Source of the DNA: Vicugna vicugna
Lineage: Eukaryota
DNA length: 64,000 bases
NCBI GenBank assembly: GCA_013265495.1
Contig: MU058065.1
Location: forward strand, 4,934,976 to 4,998,975
Reading direction: 5' to 3'
This document shows, piece by piece, positions 49,191-60,536 of the stretch. Below the pieces are notes generated by a model. The model did not search any database. It was not told the origin of the DNA and saw only the letters and a program-made list of their open reading frames with translations. Made by a program: the position numbers and the translations under genes. Positions within the stretch are counted from its first letter, which is position 1; the number at the start of each line of letters is the position of its first letter.

Positions 49191-51612
49191 GGGAGAAGCC
49201 CTGGGGTCGGTGCCCTCCACGTTCTTTCTTTGGAAATAAACAATGGAGAGTTTACACAGGCACAGAAAAAGTAAGGCAGGTAAGTAGCTAACAGGGTTAT
49301 AAGTAACAATCATACACATTGCAGGGAGAACAAACACTCAGATAAAGACAGCATTGGCAGATGCCCCAGCAGAATTTAAAATACTTTCTGCTCCAAGTCT
49401 GCACATGTCCAAATAAATCATGATGCACTTGAGCTCCGCTGGGCTACTTCTTTTTTTTTTTTCCCCTCCTTCCTGGCTGTAATAAGCATGCTTGATTGTC
49501 AGGCCCTGCTGTTCTTAGGGCCAAATCAAAAATACAATATTAACTCCTTTCAAAGACGCAGCCACCAAAGCAATAGAAGAATGCAAATAAATCAATTCTG
49601 CATGCTTAAGTCCAGCTCCCTTTCATGCAAGGCTGGTGATAGAGAGGGATCCCTTTCCCCCAACTCTGCCTTATCATTTTGAGGTATGAAAAATAGATTG
49701 TGTCACAGTAATGAAGCACAGGAAAAGGGAGCTTGTTATAAGCTGATTACAGTTTAGATTGAAGGACTGGTTCTCATTAGCTCTTTTACATTGGACAGCA
49801 TCCTTGAGCTGGAGTAATTACTGAAAGTAATTTTTGAAAGGGAGGGTGGGGCAGCTGGTATAAGGAGAGACTCAAACAGTTGCATGGGGATTGGAAAGAG
49901 GGGTAGGGGGAGAGACCTGCAGCCTGCCAGGTTGTTACCACCCCCAATACTAGTGTTGCATGAAGCAGCTGTGCCTGGCAACTTTCTCGTTAGGCTCTCC
50001 AGCGATGAGGAGAGAGCGCGTTGCATGGAGGCATGAATACAGTATAAGCAGTAAGAGGTCTATTTCAAGTTTAAGTGGGCAGGGTGATTCCCCTGAGCTA
50101 TGCCATCAACACACAGAAGCTCAGTTTTCACCCCATAATAAATGTGATGAGGGCAGGTCTCATTGCTACTTACAGAAGCAGACTTAAAAAGCAGATGCTA
50201 AACGGTGGGCGAGGTAAAATGACCCACTTTCTTGCTTCATTAAGTGGATTTGAGAGCTTGACCATTTCCATGGTCCAGATAGGGTGAAACACACAGCCTT
50301 CCCAGTCTTGGAGAGATCCTGAGCAAACGTCTATATGCGTTGTTCCAAATGCGGGTTTTTGATCCAGCCTTTTCTTTGGTGTAGAATAGAAATTTCTGGG
50401 GAGGAAATGTGCTGTTTGTTTCTTCCTTTGTCTTTTGACTTGGGAAGGCTGGGAATTTGGAGGCTTGGTTTCTTGCTCTAGATCTGCCACTAACTAGACC
50501 TCCGGTGACCCTAAATAAACCATTTCGGCCTCTCCATGTGTCTGGGAAATAAAAGAAGCAAGTTCAATGTTTTCTGATGTCCCTTATATCATCGACTTCT
50601 CTGAGTCCAATTACTGTCTCTCTGAGCTAATTTATGGAGAATGAGATAAAGAATACAGAAAGAAAAGAATGTCTTTTCTTCTAAATTAAGGAACACATGC
50701 TGCATGAGACCAAGATGAAAATTTCTTATCTTAAACATGAGATCAGGGTTGCACTTCGATGGGAAAATAATGACATTTGCTGAAACTTTTATATGTGGAT
50801 GACTCTATGCCTTGATCTCCCAATATCCCTGCAATGGACAGGAAGAGTCTGAGCCCCAGAAATGCTGTGTCACCTGCCCACGGCCACACAGCTCATTAAG
50901 TGAGAGCGAAGTGACACAACAGACGATGCTGCCCGCACGTCTGAGCAAAATGGCCATGAAATAGGGAACCGAGTTAGAGGGAAGTACCGGAGGGACAAAC
51001 GGCCATTTTTACAGAGTGATTTGAGCATCAAAAATGTTCCTTGCTCTGAACACCTCTTCAAACTCTCAGAATGTTCCTGCACTCCCTCCACTAAAGTCTT
51101 TCCTTTGGGGTAACTAATGCACCATATCTAGAAAGCCCTGATTAAAATACAAATGTGTTACCTGGGAGGAATAAATTCATTAAGCCATTAGTAAAAATTA
51201 ACAGTCTTTATACGATTAACAGCCTGAACGTATCTGATTAACCAGCTGTCACTGGGCAGAAAGCAGATACTGAGGGGAGAATGTGAAGTGGAAGTTTCTC
51301 CATCAGAGAAGAGATCCAGGAAAATCTGGAGCTCCGGACGCTGCTGCCAGACGCGAGGTCAAGTACATGCCCCAGTCAGGGCTCCTGGGCAGCTGGACGG
51401 CAGCACTGGGGACCTCCGACTGACTTGCAGGGTGCTGAGAAGCAGGTGGGGAACAGGAGATGAAAAAGAATAAAGGAAGGGATTTTTGTGATGGGGGGAT
51501 GGGGAGGACACCAGGTCACATTTTATCATTTGATTATCTTGCTAAAGACTGTAAGTAGCTCTCAAGATTCAAGATGTAAATTCTATAATAGAATTTAAAA
51601 CATAATTCAGTC

Positions 51613-51843
51613 CAGTGATTTTCAAACTGAAGTAACTGAAAACCACCCCCACATCCAAACCTTTGAAATAGACGAGGCCCACTTTTATCTGTCTTGCACG
51701 GGGCTTCTGAGTCAGATGGTGTTTGAAGAAAGGATGCCTATGTTAAAGAACAGTGAAAGAAATCCAACGAAGGAAGCAAGGAGGGAGGCAGGGAAGGAGA
51801 AAACAAAGGAGGGAGAAGAGAAACAGAAATTTGGAAACCCATG
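51613..51843. mobile_element. MER103C-like hAT MITE
   Basis: cagtgattttcaaact start; cttttatctgt..tgtttgaagaaagg; end tttggaaacccatg. Confidence 0.55.
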
Positions 51844-51851
51844 ATCTAATC

Positions 51852-52012
51852 TAGCGGTTGGCAGGCTTTGTCAGTGAGGGGCCAGATAGCAAATATTTGA
51901 GGACTGACAGTCCATTGGTCTCTGTGGCAACTGTTCAGCTCTATATAAACAAATGGACGTGGCTGTGTTCCAATCAGACTTTATCTACAAGCCAGGCAGT
52001 GGCTGACCCCTG
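51852..52012. mobile_element. MER58A-like MITE (internally deleted)
   Basis: gggccagatagcaaatattt..gtctctgtggcaactgttcagctct..gtggctgtgttccaat..gctgacccctg. Confidence 0.8.
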
Positions 52013-52391
52013 ATTCTAGGACGAGTTCCCTGTGTGCTGACAGCTGAAGAGAACGAGGCCCAGCGCAGCTGAGTCACTGTCCAAAGCTACTCAGGCCTTT
52101 TTCTGCAAAGTCAGTGTTCTTCCTACAGTCTCGATACAGACCTACCGAGTTTGAAGTATGAGTCACATAGGGAAGGAAAGGTGCTCACAGACACTTGAAA
52201 ACGCAGGTCTGAGTTCACTTTCCCTCCAGAGTCAGGTCTCCTTGGAGTTAAACTGAGGAGTCACTGCCTGAAGGCGACAAGGGAAGTCTGGGGCCTGGAC
52301 CGAAGTCACTGAGGGGCGGGGTCTGCACGGAGAGTCATTTGGGGAAATGACTGGTTTGCAACGCTTGGGAGAAAGGGAGGACAGTTTACAG

Positions 52392-52392
<1 letters not shown>

Positions 52393-52425
<33 letters not shown>

Positions 52426-52555
52426 GAGCATGCACGCGGCACACACAGACACATACACAGACACAGACACAAGGAGACACACAGACACACAGACACACAC
52501 AGAGACACACACGGTGACACACAGACACAGACGCACACGTGCCTGTACACACACA
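52393..52555. repeat. (CA)n microsatellite followed by degenerate CA/CAGA repeat
   Basis: Read directly from the sequence. Confidence 0.9.
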
Positions 52556-52999
52556 GTTAGCACCAATTAACAGAAATGAAGAAACCAGGGTTGGGAGCTT
52601 TAGGAAACTGCTCAAGTTGACACGGTTGGGAAGAGCAGAGCTGGGATCTGAAGGAGCTAAATTTCATCTTCTGGTTTCATTGTTCTTGTATGAAAAATGG
52701 TAGAAACCTCTAGGAACAACCTGAGCGGAAGCTTATCATGGCATCCTCTCTGTGGGTTGTTCTAATAACGCCCCTGATGGTGAGAAGGGAGGACGCAGTT
52801 TACTGTCGCCTTACCATTGTCTCCCAGTTGTGTCATAGCACCTAGCCCCTCAAGCTTTCAGCTCAGGCCTCTCTCTCTCTCACACACACATACACACACA
52901 CAAGTCCTGCACTCTCTGTGTCTCCCTTACTCTCTCTCTCTCTCTCCTCACACGCATGCGTGTGCAGTGTGTCTAACACGGCAACTATCGCCGGGACAA

Positions 53000-53600
53000 G
53001 TGCAGCCGTCCGGGCGCCTCAGCCTCTCCAGTCACTGACTCTGCGTCCAGGATGACCTGGTACAAAGGCTTCACTGGCCTCCCCTCACCTTCCATGTAAG
53101 TTCAGTGCAGCCGCCAGGCCCCACCTCCTTACGTCCTCGGCCTCCTCTCTCCCCACCTGCCCCTTCTCTCTACCCTCCCTGTGACAGGGGACGGGGGCTT
53201 TCGGCACCCCAGCCCCCAACCCCCGACCCCCAAGCCAGCCTCACAGCAAGGCCTTTAAAGGTGGCGTCCCCTTTCAGGTAAAGCGCTTCACACCTCCAGG
53301 CTTGCCCACCTCCTCTGGCCCATCCAGGTCCTACTCACTTCACTTCCCAAGACAAAGGAGGTGTCCCCCACCCCTGATTCCCAGGCAAGGTCATTCCTCA
53401 CCGTGAGATGTCACGTAGCAGCCCATAGCCTTCCAGGATTGAAATTACATACGCGTTAGCACTATTATTTATTTTTGAGCCTCCCATGGGACTGGAAGTT
53501 CCAGAACGGCAAGGACCATGTTGGTGTTTCCTAACCCTGCCTTCGACACCGGGTCTGACATAAAGGAGCCAAACAAAAACCATTTGTTAAGTAAATAAAT
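53000..53600 (+). mobile_element. L2 3' region
   Basis: gactggaagttccagaacggcaaggaccatg..gtctgacataaaggagcc..catttgttaagtaaataaat. Confidence 0.6.
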
Positions 53601-55669
53601 AAAACCCGCTCTCAACCTCGAAATGATCACCATCACTGTTAAAACGTTCTCCACCAAATTCTGAGCTCATTATAAAATGCTCTTGAAAATGTGGCCTCCC
53701 TTAATAGCAGGGTGCTTAATACATAAAAGTAAATAGAAATGTGATGATAAGCTCCAGGTAAAATTGCTTTACAGGCTTCTCTCTAATTTCTCATACAATA
53801 ACAACAAACACAAGACGATGAAATTGAGCTGCTTGACATAGCCCCAAGTTACTAGGAAAAAAACATAATTCTCCATGAGATTAACTCTTTTTCCCTTACA
53901 TAGTCACTGGATGTTTCCTAGGGGAGTTCAGCCTGCTGTGCACAAAAGCACTTTTTCATGGTGTGTAGTCTGTCAAGGTGCACAAGACGCTGGAAATCCA
54001 AGGTCAGAGACAGATAGGGAAAACCCAAAGAACTTTCTCCACCCAAAGCTCCGGAACCATGAGCCCAGTCAGGCCTACTCTCCCCTTTGGCCCCGTGGCA
54101 AGGTGGGCCCTGGAGCTATGTCTTCAGTATCGGTCCCACTGGAACCTTCTGCAGAGGTAACTGGCTGGGATTACTGGTTTGCACTGTCCAAACATACAGC
54201 TTCACTTTTTAAGTTTACATACCCTGTCTCGATACGACTTAATTTTAGTAACTGCCTATTCGAAGCACCTACACCTGAAATTAAAATACTGAAGACAAGG
54301 CACACTCAAGCCATTCTCCGCTGAGCAGATGGGCCCCGCCGTACCCCGCCGTGGACTGCATGAAGCAACAGATTGTGCATCTCTTCACAAATCCTTAAAT
54401 TAGAAATCTCAGAGCACCATGAATTGCAAGATGAAGTCTGTTTTCCCGAAAAGGAGATTTTTGTGCTGACCTGATGCCAGCCTCTAAGCCTCCATCCCTC
54501 CGATGGGGCGCTGTGCAAATAGACAGGGCTTTATACTCTGTTTCATTAGCTATTGCTCACAACCATTCTAGCAATTCCGATGACGGTTATTTGTATTTTA
54601 TGACCGCATTAACTTGCTCCTAACATGCCCTGAACAACGTCTTGGTGTCTGATTCCACACTAGTCCAACTAGAGACGGTGAGCGAGAACAGGGTCCCACT
54701 TCCTCCCTGAACAACCCTGCCCTCCCACAGGATTAGCCGTGGGCCAGGCACCAGAACACCCATTGGCATTTGCAAGATCCAGGCGCATAGAATCTCTGTT
54801 TTGACGGCCTGTTAATCCCATCAATTAATAAGCAAGAGATGACCGTCTGAGGGCACCCATCCAGGTGTCTCTGTTCTGGCAAAGGAGGAGACACACCTGG
54901 TCCAGCAGACAATGGGGAACTTGCCGAAAGGGCTGGAAAGCTCAGTTTCAGGGAGTAGCCTCTCTTAGTAAGTGACTCAGACGTCCTTCTGTAGGTTTCT
55001 TAAGTTGAGAGACATTTGGAAGATCTAGAATCCTTACCAATACATAAAATGTGGCATTTTTATTCACTGGAATGGTATTCAGGAGTTAAAAGCAATGAAT
55101 CAACATGGAAAAATCCTCCAAACAAATAGTTGAGTAAAAATACAACTTGCAAAACAAGGCATATAGTGCACCATTTGTGTGAAAAAAAGCATGTGCACAC
55201 ACACATGAAATCTATCATATTTTCTACGTATGCAAATATGCATGTGAAAACGATGAAAAAGTGACTTTTGTGCCTATCAGTCTGAATGCTGTTCAGGATG
55301 ATTTAGAATGATTTTAGAATGATTCTAAGGATAAAGTGAATAAATATCTCAGAAAGTCCATTTTGGGGGACTAAGTCAACTGGCTAAATTTCAGCTTTAG
55401 TTTTAGGTATATACATCCAAATATATATAAGAACATATATAATATACATTTATGTACAATTCTATATTCTATATTTATTATAGGTGATATATTTTACATG
55501 CTCTGTATGTGATTATTCTAAGAACTAAAAGGATACATACTAAATTCATCATTGCATTTGTATCTCGGGGAGAGATTTGAGCCAATTGTCAAAGAGACCA
55601 TCCATGTAATTAGTGATCAATGGAATAATAAATAAAGAGAAAAAAGAATAAAATAGAACAGAATACTAA

Positions 55670-56520
55670 TAGTAGCTAACGTGTTCTGAATCCTCATTAT
55701 CAGCCACTCTACTAAATGTTTTGCATGTTTTAATTCATTTAATCATCGTGTTACTGAACCAAACTTGGGCCCCCTGCCTGTGAGCAGTAAAGCAATCTAC
55801 TGACACTAGATTGTGGTGAAGGAAAATAATACAGCATTTACTGCAGGGCACCAAGCAAGGAGTCCAGACACCTGATGCTCAAAAGGCCCAAACTCGCCAA
55901 TGGCTTTCAGGGAAAGGTTTTCAAAGACAGGTTGCAGGGTGCGTGACTGGCTCCTGGACCTTCTTCTGATTGGATGGTGGTGGAGGAAGTGGGAGTCACC
56001 ACCGTCAGCCTTCTGGTTCCAACTGGTCTGGGGTCCACCTGCTTGTGGGCCGTGTGCAATTAACTTCTTCACCTGGTGGGGGGTTCAGTCTCTGCAAAAC
56101 AGCTCACAGGATGTGGCTCAGAATATTATCTATAGCCCTTGAGGAGGAACTAAAGGTCCTTGAACTTGTTTAATAGCTAAACTATTATTATTTGGTCTTG
56201 CTTAACCGTTTTCCTTTATTTCTGCATTTTCTCACTTCTTTGATTAAATTTATTCTTTAGAACTCAGGGAAAACCTCAGTATTTCTACAAACAAGGGGCA
56301 GGCAGAGGACATGGAGAGGTCTGTCCAAGGAAGGCCCAGTAGGGTCCTGCTCAGTTATAATCATACAACCCAATGAGACAGTGCTACCATTTTATCCATT
56401 TTGTGGAAGAGGCAATCAATACCAAGGGGTTTTCTGCCCAAGACAGACAGATAACACGTGTAGGAGTCAGGGTGAGACCCAGGTAGACTGCTTCCAACCC
56501 TGTGTTTAATCACTATAATC
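55670..56520 (-). mobile_element. MIR SINE split by an ERV1 LTR
   Basis: tcatttaatcatc before the LTR rejoins atacaacccaatgag..tatccattttg after it. Confidence 0.65.
55749..56359 (-). mobile_element. ERV1-type solo LTR (cetartiodactyl MER41_BT-like)
   Basis: Termini tgttactga...tcagttata; 4-bp TSD atcg/atca; minus-strand CCAAT box near 55970; body resembles recalled artiodactyl ERV1 LTRs. Confidence 0.75.
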
Positions 56521-57199
56521 TGAATGGCCCCTAAAACTCTAATCTGTCTCTCCAGAAGCCCTGCCAGTTCTCTTGGGAGACAGACCATTCCATCATCCGA
56601 GTGCAAAGGTGCGGGAATGAATGCATCATGGGACTTGACTGTACTTCTGGAAAAAGACTAGGCTATTCCTAGAAAAATGCTCTCAACCTGCTCCACTGTC
56701 ATGTAGGAAATCAGAATCAAAGAAAACATTGCTAACAAGGCAGAGAGAGGCCAGACTCCTAACATTCAGGGAGACTAGCTTCTCCTAAAATAATATATCA
56801 AGGTCCATGAATTATTGAATGTTTTCAAGACAAAAAAAAATAAACTAGTACTTTCTTTTGCCTTCCAATGCATTTCAAAAATGACTCTGAAGATATTGAC
56901 CTGACTTGTGTATTTGTTTTTTTTTTTTTTTCCCTCAAGGGGAAGGTTAAAACTTATGAGATACAGAGGCATACATTTGATTGGTAACTCAAAATGCAGT
57001 TTTTTAAATCTGACTCAAAGATGTAGCCAGAATAGGATTTCTTTTTTTATTCTTTTTGTGGAGAGGTTTTAGATCAAAGGTCAATTAGCTGCCTGGCAAA
57101 GATGCATCTATTTCCTGCCCCTCTCCAAACTCCAAAAAAACAGACATAAAGAAACTTTTTTTAAAAAGCAATCAAGTCCAAAAGGCCAAGAGAACAAGA

Positions 57200-58470
57200 A
57201 GGATGGCAACAGTGGATGAGAGACTATACTAAACTAAAACTAAAACTAAACTAAACTAAAAGTTTGGAAGAACAAAGGCAAATCCAATAGAGGTCATCTT
57301 TGCTTGGAAAAGAGAGCACACAAGAAAAGCAGGTCCGTTCAGCCAGGGGCTCCCAGCAGGGAGACGGGCTGAAAGTCTGCATATGAGTTTGGAATCGATA
57401 GGAGTCCCCTCCTAGTCCACAAAGCCAGACCCCCACCAAATCCCAGCGATGTGATTATGGTAGAAATAGAACCTGAAGGTGAGGTGCACCAAGCACATGG
57501 TGGTGGGGTGGAGAGGAGGGCAGGATTCAGGTCAAAACAGGAGGCAAAAGGAAAATCTACACTGGGTGGTAGCAGCCAGCCCTCATCCTCCAGTCCAGTA
57601 TCTCTCAGGCAGAATTTTTCTCTGGAAAAATGGAAGTGTCTCTTGACAAAGATCTCCAAGACCTGGTAAGTGTGGGATGAAGCAGAATGTCACCGCAAAG
57701 CCATCCTCCAGTGGTGGACAAGCTCCAAGAGGCACAGAGAGCTCTCTGTACACTTTTAGCCTCATATTTCAATATGAATAGAAAACCAAGGGTCATCAGA
57801 CATTTGTAAAAAATCCTCTATCTTGATGTAGAGAGACTAAATCAAATCAACAAGTGCACAAGACACATGGCAGTGCTGAAAGGAGCCAGTGGCTCAGGAA
57901 CCAGAAGGAGCTGCGAAAATAAGCAAACATCTCCAGAGAGAGAAGAGAAAATGCTGCACCAGTGAAACAAACAAATCACTGAGAAAAGAGGCCAATCAGA
58001 GGAGAAGTAACGGTTCTTGAAAGTTAAAAATAAGATAACCAAAACAAAATACTGGACAGAAGAGTCAGGAGCTAAGAAATTTTTCAGAAATTCAAGCAAA
58101 AGATGGAAAACAAAATAAAAATGCTAAAATTGTATCAATACAAGAAACCCAATATTAGTTATTTTAGAAAGAAAGAACAAACGAATTCTGAGGAAGAAAT
58201 GATCAAAGAACTAATTTAAATTTCCCAGCATGAAAGATAGGTCTCCAAGTTGTAGGGACACAGCAGTGACTTAAAACATCTGCACTGAGGCACATCTCAT
58301 GAAGTTTTAGAAGACTAGGGACAAGAAGTTTTTAAAAAAAAACAGCAGATCACATACCACATATTGAGGATGAAAATGATTTTGCAACAGCAACAGCGAA
58401 GTCTGGGATCTGAAAGACAATGGGAAAAGACTTTCAAAATTCATGAAGATATGTATCTTTTTTCCAACAT
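57200..58470 (+). mobile_element. HAL1 / old L1 ORF1-region remnant
   Basis: A-rich decayed ORF1 motifs: atcaaagaa..aatttcccag..tgaaaga, cacatctcatgaag, caacagcaac..aagacaatgg..ctttcaaaattc. Confidence 0.55.
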
Positions 58471-58699
58471 AAGTTTCTGTAGTCACTTTTCCTCTCTGTA
58501 AAATTGTTATGATGATAAAAAAAAAGAGTAAATATTTATAACCTACCTAGAACAGTGCCTGACACCTTGTGTGTTCACTGTCTTTTTTTTGAACACATAA
58601 ATAAATGGCACACTCTTGGAGGTAAATCTCTAGTGGAAAATGGAAGTGATATGTTTAAGTATTTTAAACCTATTTTGATGGGCAAATGATAGAGATGTT

Positions 58700-59735
58700 G
58701 AGGGATCTGAAGGTCTGTACACAGCACAGCCTCTCCTGAGATCCTACACTCTTCTGCCTCCCTGAAATCCCCACCGGGATGTCCACCAGTAAGGTGACCA
58801 TAATGTACCTGCCTAACAGGAGTGCTTTGGAGAGTGAAAGGAAGCTGCTGACAACTAGGCAATGACAACAGGATAAACTGAGACTGCCCTAAGCCACTAG
58901 CATGTTGTTCCCTTTTAAATTTGCTTTTTCTAAAGGTATATCCAAGGTTGTTGGTGGAAACCCCATCCTTCAGTTCCTCAACCCAGACTCTTCCAGTCAT
59001 CCTTGACTCTCCTCTTCCCGACACCCCCCACATCCAATCTATCAGCTAATCCAACCAGCTCTGCCTCCAAATGTTGCCGCAAGCTCTGCCCTCACCCTCT
59101 CAGCCACGTTGCTGCAGTAGCATGGTTACCGCTTCCTTTCAGCCCAGCTCCTCTTCCATCACTACTCATTCCAGCAGCCACCAAGCTCTTTCTAAATCTG
59201 TATGATCTCAGATTTTGTCACTCCCCTGCCCAGAACCCTCCCAAGGATCCTGTCTCTCAGAGTGAAAGCTGAAGGCCTCAGTGGGCTCCAGACCACACAC
59301 CATCCGTCCCTCCGCACGAGCGTGTCCTCCCCAGCCACACTGTCCCCGCTCCTGCCTGCTCCTTCCCTGATTCCTTACTGCTCTTGTTTCTAGAGCACAT
59401 CGCAAGCGCTCTCATCTAAAGGGGCTTTGATTTGTATTTTGTGTTTTCTCTACCTGCAGTCTTCACCCTCGAATGTCCTTAGCACGCACTCCCTTGCCTA
59501 ACTCCAGTTTTTTTGTGCGTATTTTTTTTTGTATTCAAGCATCACATTCTTCTATTACATGTTTTCACTGTAACACAATCACATCTCACGCAATCTACCT
59601 ATTTATTTTGCTCATGGTGTTCCTCCCCCGAGGAGATGTCAGCTCTATGCGGACCGTGAATTTGGACTATTTTGTTCACTGCTGGGTACCTGCAACTAGG
59701 ACTGCATCTCATTAAATATTCATTGAGTGAATAAA
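58700..59735 (+). mobile_element. L2a LINE 3' region
   Basis: agtcatccttgactc..ccccacatccaatctatcagc..tcagagtgaaagc..tattttgttcactgctg..taaatattcattgagtgaataaa. Confidence 0.85.
58790..58914. mobile_element. MER94-like hAT-Blackjack MITE inside L2
   Basis: taaggtgaccat..ctttggagagtgaaagg..gacaacaggataaactgagactg. Confidence 0.65.
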
Positions 59736-59915
59736 GTAAGAATATAAACATATTATTCAAAATATGAAGTGAATAGTAGAGGACACAGCTAGCAGAGGTG
59801 AAGGCGGTTGCTGCTGGAAGGGAGGGTGAGGGCAGGGCCAGGGGATGGCTGTTTTATCCTGAGCATTCTTGTACTAGACTCTTAAAACCCAATTGTTAGT
59901 TTGTTTTTTAAAGTA
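59736..59915 (+). mobile_element. HAL1-like 3' end
   Basis: ggcggttgctgctggaagggagggtgagggcagggccaggggatggctgtttt..ttgtactagact. Confidence 0.5.
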
Positions 59916-60164
59916 AATTAACCTCGTAAACGAAGGTGGATTAGGTCTCGGCAGCTTAAATGACCGGACTTGGTGTCGGCAATGCCCGGGTGTTCCACTC
60001 TTCAATTCCTCACGTTGCACAAAGCTCCCCACGGACCCCACGCCCCCTCCCTGACGCCTGTAGAGGCAGCATCATGTGATGACTCCCCCATTGACCTACC
60101 CACCTTACTGTTTCTATCACCAACAAAGCTCTCGGGACCTAAACCACCAGGGTAGCTGCCCAGA

Positions 60165-60536
60165 GTGCCTCCGTTTGCTGGGACTGACAGCACAAAGCAC
60201 CACAGCGTGGGTGGCCTACGTTTCCCAAATTTATTTTCTTCACAATCCCGGAGGCTGGAAGTCTGAGATCGAAGTTTCAGCAGGGCTGGTTTCTCCTGGG
60301 GCCTCTCGCCTTGGCTGGTAGAAGGACACCTTCTTCCTGGTCTTCACATGGCCTTTTCTCTGTGTTTGTGTCCTCGTCTCTTCTCATAAAGACACCAGCC
60401 TACTGGATTACGGCCCAGCCACATGGGCTCTCATTTTGCCTCAGTTTCCTCTTCAAAGTTCCTGTCTCCAAATATAGTCACATTCTGAGGTTCTGTGGGG
60501 TTAGGACTTCAACATACAAATTTCAGCCTCATAACA
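60165..60536 (-). mobile_element. MLT1A/MLT1B-like MaLR solo LTR
   Basis: ggaggctggaagtctgagatc..cagggctggtttctcctg..ctgtctccaaatatagtcacattctgagg..gggttaggacttcaacata..ataaca. Confidence 0.85.

Noticed and set aside
52232..52615. Cys/Val-rich ORFs resembling metallothionein-type proteins
   Set aside because: Artefact of translating (TG)n repeats; the same applies to 13863-14183.
53875..54324. 149-aa ORF
   Set aside because: No recognisable domain or supporting gene structure; the length is compatible with chance.
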